DNA of 63,345 nucleotides, filler included, from Choristocarpus tenellus KU-1152 (GCA_964200185.2; 12 parts of 12 records of this genome joined end to end with filler, not necessarily neighbours in it); one strand, 5' to 3'; counted from the first letter of the whole stretch, positions 1-20,664 are shown. Program-made: numbers and translations. The notes: generated by a model from the sequence alone, not told the origin.

Positions 1-8
1 GTACCCGC

Positions 9-97
9 GGTTACGGTTGGTCTTTGTTCGTCTGGTCCGTCTTGCCTGGTGATTCTCTTCATCACCCTTATCTGAGTGAACCACGCCGCCACAGAAT
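9..97 (-). repeat. Dispersed repeat, inverted copy of 17840-17928
   Basis: Reverse complement shares GAAGAGAATCACCAGGCAAGACGGACCAGACGAACAAAGAC and its flanks with 17840-17928. Confidence 0.85.
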
Positions 98-1010
98 CAC
101 ACGATTTCACATTTACATGGGTTTTTTCCTTGACACATCGGGAAAATGGGATAAAAATATGTATGTATATATATACAGTAGTAGTAGATAATGGAAGTGT
201 GGGTATAAATGATTAGGTACAAGTTATTCTTTTACAAGGTGTGAAACCTTTTTCAAAAGTGAAACGGCGAACCCAACGTTTAATGTGAAATATTCGTTAA
301 AATTGGACGCCTGTGCACCCCTCAAAGAAGTATCGGATCACGATTCGGATGGTATGGTCCAAATGACGTTTATGAGAAGAGATCGATATATATATATACT
401 GGTTTCTTTTGAAGGCGATTGAACAATATTTTGTCATCATTGTTCTGTTGTAACCTCAATCGCTTGTTGTCTGAGTGAGAACCACCTACTTACAGAGAGA
501 ACATATTTTCTGTAAATGCAAGTACCTAAGCACGATTCAGATAACAAAACCAGTGAGTTGAGGTAACAATCAGGGAGGAGGCATTTTTTCTATCTAATCT
601 AAAGCATCATCATTCAAGTTAGGGTGCAAGCTTGTGATTATAACAGCAAATCTCAGATCAATAATTCTAGAAGCGTTATTTGCAATTATGACAATCAGTG
701 TGGAACACTCGTCAAAAAGAGTTAACTAAATTGCCAAGTGATGAAATTGTATTGGCCCCTAAGGTTGGGGTAACCCACCACTAATAACGTATGATATATA
801 ATCAAACAGTATGTATGGGGAAGGAGTGACTTGATAGATTGTTGGGATGGTTCCCTGCCTCCTCACCCTGATGTGCAGGACTAAGGTAGGTTGGAGGTAC
901 AAGAGGGCAACGGTGTAGTATAGGTGGTAGTAAAATAGTAAATTGATGATAGAAACGTATCACGTTTACCACAACCGTTATTTGTTCAAGGGTTCTGAAA
1001 TTGAATTGAC

Positions 1011-1081
1011 TTTTCATTGATTTTTCATTGATTTTTCATTGATTTTTCATTGATTTTTCATTGATTTTTCATTGATTTTTC
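1011..1081. repeat. 11-bp tandem repeat (TTTTTCATTGA) x ~6.5
   Basis: Perfect tandem array visible directly. Confidence 0.95.
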
Positions 1082-1116
1082 GTAGATACATCTCAATATA
1101 TCAGAGAGGATAATAA

Positions 1117-1432
1117 ATATAGTATTTTATTATTATGTCTTCTGATATTTTGCAGATGATGTGTCAGGGGGAAACCAATGAAAACTATACTTATTATACT
1201 TATTATGTCGTTATTAGCCTTAAGGAAATAAAATATCCTAAATATAAGAACACTATAAAACATTGTAAGTGTGGAAACCACTAATCTATCAGCTACTTTA
1301 CCACCAAGTATTGTACTACTGTCGTCCTTTGCTTCCCATCTAATCTACTCCTGTGCCCCCGCGGGGAAGCTAGGGAGGTATAATAATATAGTCTGCTGCA
1401 AAATGTCAGAGGGCATAATAATAAAATAATAT
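1117..1432. mobile_element. Short element bounded by ~35-40-bp inverted repeats; the terminal motif recurs at 18243 and 49155-49208
   Basis: Left TATTTTATTATTATGTCTTCTGATATTTTGCAG; right CTGCAAAATGTCAGAGGGCATAATAATAAAATA. Confidence 0.55.
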
Positions 1433-1659
1433 AGTCTCAATGAAATTACCTATCGCTTTTTGGTTTGACAAATTGTGAGTTTATCGAATCGTATCATGAC
1501 ACTATTATTGTCTCACCATTGCCGTATATTCGGATCGTATGATACGTCAATTCGAAATTCAGTCACTGGTTGAGGGTCGACCAACTGGCATTCCACTAAA
1601 GCACACACGCAGGTTTGGTAAGCAGGCTGAACGGACTGTGAAGTGTAACTCTGTGAAGC

Positions 1660-8671
<7,012 letters not shown>

Positions 8672-9350
8672 GGGAGGGGGTATGGACTGCATGTGTGTTT
8701 TTGTGTGATTGTTCCAGGTGGTTTGTTGCGTTGGCTGTTTGCTTGTGAGTTGTGAATGCCATTACAGTGTGTATTTGGGTGTCTTTAGGGAGGGGGGTGC
8801 GGGAGGTCGTAGATGTTAAGATTATTTTGCTTGAGACAACAATGGGTTGCATCTTTGAAAGTGGTGAAATTTGTTAAAGACTTTTTTGATGGGGGAGAGA
8901 GTAGTGAAGCTGTTTCTGAAGATATTTTCGTGAGATTTGTGCTGCATCTGTTGATTGATTGATTGATGTGTGTTTTGCTAGTCCATTGAGAAGGTGGGTG
9001 AGCTGGTGTACTCCGAGGTTGAAGTGTTGTTTTTGGAAGGCGAAGCAGCATGGTAGTGAAAAATTCATCAAAACCTGCTGGTAGATTCTGGTTGGTGATA
9101 AGAGAATGGTTTTAGAGAGTAGTTTGATTATTCGACTGCAACAATAGCGGTACATAACACACTCGTCTCTGCCACATTGTGGTTTTGAAGGCGTGTGCTG
9201 TGCTAGTCTGCTTAGAGAGATGCAGAGGAGAATACTATGGGCTGTCTGTTGGCCTCTTAATCAACAAATACTAATCCAAATATATATGCCATTTCATATG
9301 TGGTCATCATGTATTACCCCAGCTCATTGGAATCCATATCAGGTAACTCT

Positions 9351-9496
9351 GGCTCAAAATATCTGGGGGGGTATACACCGGGTTGTCCATTCGGGCCCTG
9401 ATCAGGAGAAGTGCACTTACATGATCCATCTGACGCATGCAACCATATCAACCAAAAATTGTGAAATGGAAAAATCCGTCCTGAATGGACAACCGC

Positions 9497-9529
<33 letters not shown>

Positions 9530-9530
9530 A
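9351..9530. mobile_element. MITE family B copy, right end lost in a poly-C run
   Basis: GGCTCAAAATATCTGGGGG terminus plus the family B internal sequence. Confidence 0.8.
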
Positions 9531-9650
9531 CCGTCGTCTTCTCTATTTTNNNNNNNNNNNNNNNNNNNNNNNNNNNNNNNNNNNNNNNNNNNNTTAATTA
9601 ATTAANNNNNNNNNNNNNNNNNNNNNNNNNNNNNNNNNNNNNNNNNNNNA

Positions 9651-9713
9651 ATTGCAACATTGGATTTTGGCCCCCAAGTGGACGCGGCCCTACCCTCTAA
9701 GATACTTTGGCTC
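9651..9713 (+). mobile_element. MITE family A, 3' end only
   Basis: Ends with TACCCTCTAAGATACTTTGGCTC at the contig start. Confidence 0.85.
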
Positions 9714-10329
9714 ATATCTGTCTCTTTTGTCCACATCACATCACCTACGGGCACCCAAGCACACAACCCCACAGTTTCGTGCCTCCTGGGGCTGGTGGAG
9801 CACAGTGAAAATTGACTGGTGGAGCTTCCCCTCTAATTTATCCCCCTAGTGCAGCCCTCTCCTGTTACCCACTCACATCGTGCTCTTTGGGACCCCCTCC
9901 TGTTTATGGAAATATAGCAGTAGCCCATTATGATGGTTGTAAGTGAAGCACATGAGTACTGTGACTGACAGAATTATCACTCCACAGCTTTTTCACACGT
10001 TTTTCTGAGTACATGCAGTTCTTGAGATAATGTTCTGTTAGCAAACTGTAGATGAGAGAGAGGGTCAGCTGGAGTGCTCTGATTGTATAGAAGTGTCAGC
10101 ATTATGAATGATGCATGTTGTCTCCTATAGATGGCTCATGTCCAATTTAGATGTATTGTCCAAGGTTTGAGACTTGCTTGACGACTCAGTGCTTGGTTAT
10201 GAAGGGGTAAGGTCGAGTCCATGATGTGATTGAACAATGATCAATCAGGATCTGCACCACAGTGGGGACCGATCCTTTAGTGGATCTTGGTCTTTCTTTT
10301 GTCAGGTTGGGATACTTGCGTGTCTAAGA

Positions 10330-11159
10330 ACAAATGCACAACAAATTGAATTCACCCTGTGTGATCTGGTTGTCATACTCCTTCAGATGAGGAACATGGT
10401 GATCCAGGAAATTCCGAAGTCCTCCGCAATGGTCACAGCCATCCCCCGAAGCACCCGAGTCTAGCACCCTCTCGCATCCAGGCATCATGCACAATGCTAT
10501 TCTTTGTCAGAGCGTTTCAGTCCTGATCCCGGACAAACTTCTGGATCGAATAATTGGGACCGACGGGTAATGATGGGAATGAGATGAGCAAGCCACTCTA
10601 ACGATGGGGGGCCTTCATCCTAGGCGTCCAAATAAACATCCACTTTGACAGTATCACAAGGTTTTTGAACCCCGTCAAATGCGACTTGATCTACTTTGCA
10701 CTGGTGATCCTCCACAGTCATGACAGCCCACCATCTTAAACCTCACACGACACGCCTCCCAGTCTATATGAGAACGAAGTCTTGTCCACAGGGTTTACCA
10801 TGTGGATTGTTCCTGGGCGAGAACGGAGCTAGCAAAAGTAATGTTACATTGAGCGGAAGTATTTTAGGGGGTACGAGTCTTGCCCTGTTTGTCCGTTTGG
10901 GGCTTGGCTTCTTACCGGAATTTCTAGGACATTTTCCTTTTCCGAAATATTTCGGAATTGAAAAAATGGGTACGGTTTGGAGTAAGTTTCATGTATCTAA
11001 CCATGAAAAGGTGTGTTTGGAACCAGGATATTGACACTACTTCCTAAGAAACACGATACCCAAAATTACATCAAAATCGCAACATCAGATTTTTGCCCCT
11101 AAACAGTCGTGGCTCTACCCTCTAAAAATACTTTGACTCATTTATTTCCAAATGAAGTA
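10330..11159 (-). mobile_element. Decayed 5' part of a mariner-like element (homologous to 18419-18890), interrupted by MITE A
   Basis: 10360-10440 and 10805-10850 match the reverse complement of 18810-18890 and 18440-18483; TIR remnant at 11140-11159. Confidence 0.7.
10851..11139 (+). mobile_element. MITE family A
   Basis: GAG...CTC termini, ~23-bp TIR, ATT target duplication. Confidence 0.9.
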
Positions 11160-12847
11160 GTAGAAAAAATATATCTACATGTGTATTAAATTGAAACAGG
11201 AAGCAACGTAGTATTGTGTATGATATTCAGTATTTGTTTGAGGCAGGGTCCAATCAGTCATGTGGGGTGATCAAAAACACTAGTCGCGTAGAAGGATTTA
11301 GCGTAAGAAGGGCTTGCTTCAGCGAAACCCAGAGCATCTCAGTCATCAATCCTCTGCGATGCACCTGATTTGAATCTTGGATCCAATGGTTAGACATCAA
11401 CGGCAAGTGGTCTGGGAATTCTCTAACATCTCTGAGGTTGATATTGATGCGACATTCAACAATGGCAAAGGAAAGTGCGTGCGGAAATGTATTTGACTGA
11501 GATCAGCTCAAAACGGGATCTGTCCGTAACATGTTTGGTATTTACAATAGAAAAGTACGGGGCAAATGATGAAAGAGACAAGTAGAGTGAATCGTGAATG
11601 GGGAACTATGACCATTACATGGTCGGCCCAAGTATCCTAAAAACAATACCCAGCCGGCCATAAATAAAATGTTCTAACATGACTGAGTCCATGGCTACTT
11701 CAACATGACCAGGATCACAAGCCGGCAAGGTGTAAGATTGAGCATGGTCATGCCTCGGACCAACCCAAGGGTATATGGGCGATATTGGTCATGCAAAATG
11801 ACCTAGCCAAGTGAAACGCCCTGGAAACTTCAAACTTTATATTCTGCACTTCTGTACAAGTCGGCAATTAGGGTTAGGAAAGGGGCAACGACACTCCATT
11901 CCCCAGGGCTATGGCAGATTTTCTGCACTGAAACTCGAGGCTTCACTTGTAACATACAAGAATGTTCAAACTCATAATGAAAAGAAAATAATTGCATGTC
12001 TTCAGTCAAGTCAAACTTCATTCTCCACATTATCACCCACCATCACAACAAACTAACATGTAAACACCCTCCAACTACTTCTACTTTGTTGCTAGTACAT
12101 TATACACCAGTCTGTAAATCCATCCTACATCGAATTTAACAAAAATGAGGGTCCTATTTGTAATCCCAGCAACAGCAGCAATCTGACTGCACATGCGAGC
12201 CACATCAAAACATTAAAACAAAAAAGGGAGGAGGAAATCACATCAAAAGACAGAACCAAGGTTCAAATATCCACAAGACCTATCAAGGACAAAGAGGGAA
12301 CAAGAAGATGGGTGATACATTTATCTACCATACACTTGGCAAGGATACATGTGCAACAGTGATGAAGGATCTCCTTTCTGAGTGACATACTGGGGACATC
12401 TCAAACACATGCAGCAACAGTGCCACCAACTGAAGAAACAACCTAGGTCCCTAGCAATTGGCCTGCCACAATTTCAAACAAATTGAACCTAACTCTGGGA
12501 TGACAAATTAGGATACAACCAGCCCCAATGTATAATATACACAAACGCACAAAATCACATTAGTCAACACAAACAATAAAACTGCAATTGTTGGGGTTTG
12601 ATGACGAGGAGACTCTCTTGTCCAAAGCAGAATTAGACTGAAGAGCTGTGAAAGTGATGCCTTTTGTAACCATCAACCACAGCATAGAGCCACACACACC
12701 CCACCAACTACCAACAACCCTCATCAACAAACAAGTCCAGTCAGCTGCAGCACAACAAAATTACATACCGCCTAACCCCCTCTCAAACCAAGAGGTCACA
12801 TTGCCTGCACACAAGGATTTTGTATCTGTTAGTCTTGCACATGTAGC

Positions 12848-15563
12848 TCACAACAGTGGTCCACTAGATTTCAATTTGATGGGAAGATCTGGCATGTTGT
12901 AAGTGATACCAAGCTTATCGCAGGCCTTCTTGATACCCATGGTGCATAAGCTTTGAGTTGCCCATTTCCGGTTCATGTCCTATAACAGTGGGGGGGGAGG
13001 AATCATAACAACCAGTTCACAACAAGGAAACTCTGTAGTTAGTTCAGCATCAAGTGAAACATGTTTTTTTGTAGTTGACATGCTCACTTCAGCACATCCA
13101 GGATTGCACAAAGCAATGTGGAAGTACAATGTCAGCTTAAGTGCAGAAGAGCTGCAACTAATAGGAAACGTTTAAACATTTTCGTACCTCAGAGCCCTAT
13201 AACTTCAATATTGAAAACACGTAAATCTTAAGATGAAAAAGCAAAAAATATTACTATATATATACATGGTGAAAACCTTTTGTGCCACAAAGGAATCTTC
13301 ACTTTCAAAGGGAAAATACAATGAAGTTATACCCTCCAGATCAACCCATTGGAAAAATATGCACTCTTGACAACTTAACATCTAATGCTCAATGGAAGTC
13401 TTATCCTAGAATATCGAGCCATATTCAGTCCATAACCTCAAATTATTCAGAAAAAAAAATTGGACCAATTTGCTCTGGAATGTCTGTTGTGAGGACAACA
13501 TTCTGAGACCAGTTCCTCTGAAATGGGTCAATTTACTCTAGAGCATCCGTTGTCGATCACTAGGCTTGTCATCGGTCTGTTCCGGGCCAACCCTTTCCAC
13601 AATTTACTATATAACACACACTTTCCAGAAAACACTTGAGCACATTCTCCCTGTAACATCTGCTTCCTTGAACAACACATGTAGTCACTTGCTGCAGACA
13701 AGGCAATGGTGGGAAAGATGGGAAAAGAAAAAAGATGATAGAATACTGAAAAGGAAACCTATCGCTTCACAGCCCTCACTCATCATCTCTGTTGCCCAGC
13801 GAAGCGCATTATTCAGTGTAACAATAAAACATGAAGGCGTATCATGCAAACGCTATCTTGTCCTGGGTGTGGGGGGGAACACGGGCCTGCATCAACAGAT
13901 CCAACGCAACCATTCTCCGAAAAATATATGCAAATGATTTTGAGAGCATGAACAGATGAACGTACCTGCCAGTTGGACTTCTGATGGAAAGTGATGCGGA
14001 TAGTCAGCCTTGTACTATCCTGGATTCCAAGGAGAGTGAACAGAATGTGTGGATACAGCCCCGCTGTTGTAGGAATGACACCAACAGGGTGGGAGGTTGG
14101 GGGGGAGGGGGAAGGAGAGTAGTTCCAGGGAGTTAGATCTGATGAGTGGGGGAAGGAGAAACGAAGGACAGTATGATTACACGGACCATTCTGAGGTCAC
14201 ACAATACACACGCGCCATTTCATCTCCTAGACAGAACTATCACTACAAGAATCAACAACTAGGTGATCCTTGAACCTTCCTGCCAAAGCATTAAAAAACA
14301 TCTCACCCAATCAACAAACAAAAAAACTTCCAAAAACATTTTCACAATGAGATCATAGTGGGAATCATAGAGACCCAACTGAACGCTGTCTCTGCAGCAC
14401 TTATCCCTAGAACATACACATATCCCTCCTCCTTCCAGAGTCAGTACCTAAACAATGCCCCATACGTAAGTTTGTCCTAAATTTCACTTCAAAACACAAG
14501 TATCTCAACATATTGCACTGCCCATGAGTACGGGTACTCTGTTGGTCACATACCTCCTGGAGTATCATGTCGCTTAGCAAATGCAAGGAGTGAGCGGTGT
14601 AGTTCTGCCAGCTTCTCAGAGGGGGTACTTGCAGCCACCTGAGAAGAAAGACACAGTTGTACCAGGCAGGTAAGTACATTGTTTTGCACCAATATACCAT
14701 GGTGTGGTAGAGAAATTGTGAATAGGACACATGAATAACATTATGGTTGCGCAGACCATCTTTTGGTTCAATGGTCGCACCGACTCTACTTCACACTCTT
14801 ATCACATCAGGTACAAACAAAATTTCAACGTTTCTCCAGGTTTTGCTCCCCCCACCCCCCACATTACATTACACTTTTTCGTCCTTACTTCACATTACCG
14901 ATGTACACTCTTGACTACAAAAAACGTAACGTAATGCACAACCTTACCATCGCCCTATAATACTTGGGAACATTTTCTCATGCAAAACAAAGTTCAAAGT
15001 CCATTAAGTTCAAAGTCCATTTCCTCCACAACACACGTAAGTTCAAGACAACAACACTCAGCACAATTTTCTGGAGTACCATTGCCTCTACCATCTTAAG
15101 TATAGTTATCTTGACCATCAACAGCATCCCAATTCCTTCATCATACAATGTGCGAGGTCCTGCACAATGCCCAGATCCATGATAACACTAAAGCCAACTT
15201 CCTCTGTATGCACATTGTCCAGGAAAACTCTCAGACCCCATTTCCTCTATGATGTGCCCAGCCCAGCACCACATTTCTAGGCATTAATTTCTTCCCTAAC
15301 TCAGGTTGTCCGGACAGCTCTTTGTAGTATATAATGCAGATATACACTACAACTCATATTGTGTGAGTGTTACAGTCTCCATGTGCGCTAATACTTCTGA
15401 AATAAAAAAAATACACACGCACACTCACACACGCATGTAATAGTTGGACACAAAATCCACCTATTCATCTCACTTGAATGAGGAACTGATGCCACTGGTG
15501 AGCAGAGCGTTGGATGTTTACAATGGTCCTGCCCGCAAGCACTTGGTTGGGGATGTAGAACAG
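12848..15563 (-). CDS. MscS-like mechanosensitive ion channel, last four exons (15474-15563, 14554-14638, 13966-14063, 12848-12979); 5' part missing
   Basis: Spliced peptide LFYIPNQVLAGRTIVNIQRS...ITFHQKSNWQDMNRKW...KLGITYNMP...* fits the MscS/MSL C-terminus (IPNxxL..IxNxxRS; NWQ; lgIxYxxP). Phase-consistent GT-AG introns. Confidence 0.85.
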
Positions 15564-15732
15564 CTGTGGGCCGGGGGGGGGGGGNNNNNNNNNNNNNNNN
15601 NNNNNNNNNNNNNNNNNNNNNNNNNNNNTTAATTAATTAANNNNNNNNNNNNNNNNNNNNNNNNNNNNNNNNNNNNNNNNNNNNATGTTCTTGTTTATTG
15701 GTGTCTCTCTGTCTTCTGGGGGGGGGGTACAG

Positions 15733-15829
15733 GGGGAGAAAGGAATCCACAGTGGTGTTCGATTAGTGGTTCTGGATTCTGCCACTGCTGCACTCTCTCC
15801 TATCCTTGGGGGAGTGAAGAATCCGACTG
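15733..15829 (+). CDS. Single internal exon of a RAD51D-like recombinase paralog
   Basis: AG/GT-bounded exon encoding GVRLVVLDSATAALSPILGG, resembling the RAD51D Walker B region (VVVDSVTAVVSPLLGG). No other exons found. Confidence 0.65.
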
Positions 15830-16702
15830 GTGAGAGTAAGAGGGGGGAATGCAAGGATCCAGTCATATGTTATCACAAAGTGATGAAAATCTATCATGTA
15901 GTGGATGCACGGAATTGTCATCATACCTATTTTGACTATTATTTCTATTATTATTTATTTTTTGTTGTTTTTTTGTTCTCATGTGTGCTGTTTGTCACCT
16001 GGTACATTGTGTCCAAGGTTGTATGTACGTTTCCCAGGCAGTTTAGAGTTTTTTTTTGTGGGTTACTTTTTTTTTTGTCTGATATGCGTGCCTGTGGATA
16101 GATGGACTGATGGAGTTTGTACGAAGTGTCAAGATTAAGGTACATATGTCGTGTCAAGTTCGAAGTGGATAGGTATTGTCTAGATTAAGGTACTTCTCAC
16201 TGAGGTATTTTGTCAAGATCAACATGTATATAGGTAATGTCAAAATTGAGGTACATCAGTAACGTCAATATTCAGGCATTTACAGTACCAGTCAGGGTTA
16301 GGGTTAGGAGATGCCTTGTACAGCGAATCAATTCGTCCATCCTACTGGCAGAAAATATCATAGAGGCTATTCTGTTCACCCCGATATTGCTTCTCGTGGA
16401 ACATGCCCTATCCCTCAATCTTGGCACATCTCATACATGTGTTGTATGTATTTGGAAGTGTATTTGGAAGTGTGTTTGGAAGTGTTACGATGTAAAACGC
16501 CTTCATTACATGTGTGCAAGTGTGTAAGCATGCCTTTTGGGGTTTCTCTGTTTCTTTTTTACTGTATAGATTGTGACAGTGTGCTTGTCTGTGTGTGTGT
16601 TCCAGATATGGAAGGATTACACAGGGTATCATTGCCTCCGGTTCATGTTCTGACAATTCATTCTCCACACATTCATTATTGCATAAATATAAATTCACAT
16701 TA

Positions 16703-16703
<1 letters not shown>

Positions 16704-16742
<39 letters not shown>

Positions 16743-16748
16743 GTGTGT
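16704..16748. repeat. (TG)n microsatellite
   Basis: Visible directly. Confidence 0.95.
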
Positions 16749-17423
16749 AGGCGTGGCTATCTAGTAAGTATACATTGTGCTTCAAATACATCACACCAAC
16801 TCTGTGACTATACAAAGATATCACATGTACTAGGTGGGTAGGCACGCGCACGCACACACATACACACACACACATACTTCCCCTATTCAGCATCTGTTGA
16901 AACAGTTCATGGGACTATTAATCGAAGTACAAGATGGTAGTAAAATATTTTTACAATTATAAGTATGTTCTATTTTTGTGGGGGTCGTGCAAAACCCATG
17001 ACAAGGTTGCCCTAACCTCCAAAAAATCCGACTTGGCGTACCTATATCTATCCTACACTGCCTACCGCCTGCAAACTTGCAACATCTGCCTTCCCAATGA
17101 TTCATATAGTATTGTAACTTAACACAAACCGTTGAAACTGATGCTGACCAGAGGAACTATGCCTGAATTGCTGTTAACTATATTATTATTTACAGAGGGT
17201 GCTATTCTTAGACATCTCTTCTGTCCAACTGCTGACCATAGAGTCATCTTTTTTTATTGAGGCGTGTACCAAATATCTCATACTTTTTTTTTCTTACAAG
17301 GGGGTCTGTAGCAGCAATGCGGAGAACCTGCTGGAACATTCGAACTTTGACTGCTACTACTACTCTGTTGTTTTGCAAAGAATGGTCTCCACTTTACTCT
17401 GTTCACTTAAGGTATACCTTTTG

Positions 17424-17597
17424 GGCTCATAGTATCTGGGGGGAGTGGCGGCTGTCCATTTGGGGCCAACTTATTTATGTCGCGATTTTTGGGTGATTTG
17501 GTTGCGTACGTCTGATGGATAATGTAAGTGCACTTTTCTTGGTTATGGCTCAAATGGACACCCTGGTGAAGACCCCCCGCCCCAGATACTTTGGGTC
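17424..17597. mobile_element. MITE family B, complete
   Basis: GGCTCATAGTATCTGGGG...CCCAGATACTTTGGGTC with TTTG on both flanks. Confidence 0.9.
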
Positions 17598-18418
17598 TTT
17601 GGTGAGGTGTGCACACGCGCTTGTGATTGGGGGGGGGTTGCGATGAGGACGAAGAATTTTGTTCTCAAAAACTTCGTTTTTTCGATTATCCTCTATGGGT
17701 ATGTACACACAGTTTTTACTGACTTATCTTTTTTCTCGTTCAACTTTATTTTTTATAGATGACATCAACTCTATGATACCAACTTTTTGTCAAGTAGCGT
17801 TTCTTTAGTATGTTGGAGTAAAATTTATGAATCGTATTATTCTATGGCGGTGTAGTTCACACAGGCAAGGGTGGTGAAGAGAATCACCAGGCAAGACGGA
17901 CCAGACGAACAAAGACGAACCGTAACCTAGAGGATGAGGTTATGGTTCAACAAGTGCAAGACTGAAGGAACTTGCAGGAAAAAGTGGGGACCTGCAGAAG
18001 TGAGGAGGATCATGGTTCGGATAGGTTTCAGAAAAGAAACCCTTCAGAGATAGGAGATCCGTCTTCGGAAAAACGTACTCGTAATGGGACGTTACACAAA
18101 GACACGAAAATCTATCCCTCCAAGAATCCTCCACACACAGTTGAACCGAAGTTCTCAAAAAACAACCTCGATCGGTATAATGGTATATGACATACAGAAA
18201 TAACGGTATAACAACAGACAAACCTGCTTTCCACAAATTGTGTATTATTTTTATTATTATGCCCTCTGACTATTATCAATCACCAGACTATCAAAAATGG
18301 AAGTAAAATAGATCAGATATAATTAGTTGCAGAAAAACGTTCTTATTCGGCATAACAATTTTTAACCTTTTACCCTCTTTTACTGCTCTTATTCATACAA
18401 GTGTGCAAAAATATATTA

Positions 18419-20138
18419 CTTCCTCCGTTCGGAATTAAATATAGCATAACTTTTGCAGGGTCTGTTCTCGCCCAGGAATAACCCACGCCATAAACCCTCT
18501 GCATGAGGCTTAGTTCTCGCATAGATTAGGAGGCGTGCAAAGTTTGAGATGGTGGACTGTCATGACTGTGGATGATTACCAGTGTAAAGTCAACCAAGTC
18601 AAATTTGACAGGGTTCAATAAATTTGTGAAACTGTCAAGCGGGTATTTTTTGGGATGCCTTGGACGAAGTCCCCAGTTGTTCGAGAGGTTCACTCATTTC
18701 ATCATCTCCCCTGTCAATCTCAATTCTTTGGGCCAGAAGTCTGTCTCGGGTCCAGACTCAAAACACCCTGACAAGAAACATTGTGGTGACACGATGCCTT
18801 GGAGGACATTGGCAGCCATTATAGAGGACTTCGGAATTTCCCGAATATCCTTGCTCCGTCATCTGAAGGAGAATGACAGCCAGATCTGACGGGGTTAAAC
18901 TTGTACAACACCGCAAGGGGTGATTTAGCCACTTTACATAAAGTATCCTCGACGTTTGGGATGTCCCATAGGTGCATTACACATCCTTCCGCCAACGGGC
19001 AGTCAAAGTTGAGGTCTCCCTTGCCTCAATGTGGATCTATGCAAGCCAAGAAGGTGCAGAAGTTTCAGCGGTGGACTAAGCCAGTTCTTTTGGACCAGCA
19101 GGAAGTCAACGGGTGGGTTTCGTCATCAGTCACACACACAAGAGTGGGGGGAGTGAGGTATTAGTGGATGGTCTGTATTAATGTGTGCATGTGGAAGAGA
19201 AGTGGTTTTACATCCTCAGAGATGGGCAAGGTGTGTACCTGCATCTCACTGACGACCCCCCCAAGCCCACATGGGAGCAGAATAAGTGGTTCATCGCGAA
19301 GGTGATTTCCTTGCAGCTGTGGCCCATCTTAGGAAGCTCTCCAACGGGGTGTGGTTCAATGGGAAATCGGGATTTGGCAATTAATGGCCACTAAGGTCGC
19401 CCAGCGCTCCAGCAAACACTGCCCCAAGGCCACCAAGGTGCTTGTGCCAGCCATGGTGGACAGGGAGAGGTATTTGAAGTCCTGATCGAGAATGTTATCC
19501 CGGCAATCAAGGCCCGCATGCCTAGGCTGGAAGGACACACCATCTTTGTGCAGCAGGACAGGGCAAAATCACACACCAAGGGGGGGTCATGGGGGTAATC
19601 AAGGAGGTGGTCGGGGGACAACAATGTCATAGAGATCCAGTCAGCCAACTAGCCTCACCTCAACGCCAACGACCTAGGATTCTTTCATTCTATCCAGCAA
19701 CTGAAGGAAGCCTTGGGGGTGACCCACACAGACGAGCTGATGGAGGCCACAATGGAGGTGTTTGATGTGTATCCCTGAGAGACACTGGAGCGCATCTGGC
19801 AGAGTCTCTCCATAACCTATGGTGATGTGCCGGGGTCCAAGGGTTGACAATGTCTTCAAAGTTTCCTATCTTAGCAAGGAAAAGGCTGAGGAGGTAGGCA
19901 AGCTCCCCCCAATGCCCCAGTGGATGCAGTGAAAAAATGTGCTAGAAAGGAGTTTTGGAGGGCTTCAGGGGCGGAATCATAGATGTGTCTAGGCGGCCCC
20001 ATCTTGCTTGAGATTTTGGTGGGCAACCCATTAAGTGCCCGTACAATACACCCATAAAATATGAACATGTGAAAAGAAATCTTGCGTCTTCATCACAGCT
20101 GTAAATTATGTGTTACATTTCATCCTGAACGGAGGAAG
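18419..20138 (+). mobile_element. Decayed Tc1/mariner transposon of the plant-type DD39D group
   Basis: TIRs CTTCCTCCGTTC / GAACGGAGGAAG, TA on the left and TG on the right. Frameshifted transposase motifs VHVEEKWFY, FIAKV, IPAIKARMP, IFVQQDRAKSH, SPHLNANDLGFFHSIQ. Confidence 0.88.
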
Positions 20139-20297
20139 TGGAGATGTTGTTACTGTAAGAAGTAAAAATCAACTGATGGTAAGCTACCCTTGTATTGCAA
20201 CAAAATGTGGGGATTTTCCTTTTAATATTCCATCCAATGGTTCATAGCGTTTTCCTTAAGAGTGTCCCGAAATCGAAGCCAAAGAAGCGCCCTATTG

Positions 20298-20664
20298 CAG
20301 TGCACAGGAGAACCCCCCTATCTTCGGGAGCCCCCACTTTTCACTTTTTCGCGCACATTTTTGATATCTAAACCAATCTCTAACCTTAACCCTAACCTCA
20401 AATTGTGAGTGAAAAATGTCCCTAACCAGCCAAGGAGAGATTCTAAAAGAAGTGGTGGAGGAGTATAGTGTGCACTAGGGAACCACAATCTCTCAAAGAT
20501 CCACCACTTTTCACTTTTCCACACTCATTCTCGAGAATCTAACACCAACCCCAACCCTAGCCGTATCATGCGTGCAAGAAATTACCCTAAGTTTCATTTG
20601 AAGAAGTGAACAAAGTGTGAGAGTGGGGGTTCCCAACAACAGGGGGCTTATTACCCTGTGCACT
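20298..20664. mobile_element. Foldback/MITE-like element with ~50-bp imperfect TIRs and an internal ~170-bp direct duplication
   Basis: AGTGCACAGG...CCTGTGCACT ends; CCACTTTTCACTTTT...AACCCTAA block repeated near 20335 and 20505. Confidence 0.5.

Noticed and set aside
9594-9605. Recurrent TTAATTAATTAA as a biological motif
   Set aside because: Always centred in N runs; it is an assembly linker.
13087-13151. Extra MscS exon (SSALKLTLYFH...)
   Set aside because: Phase is incompatible, and the flanking exons join directly as NWQ|DMNR.
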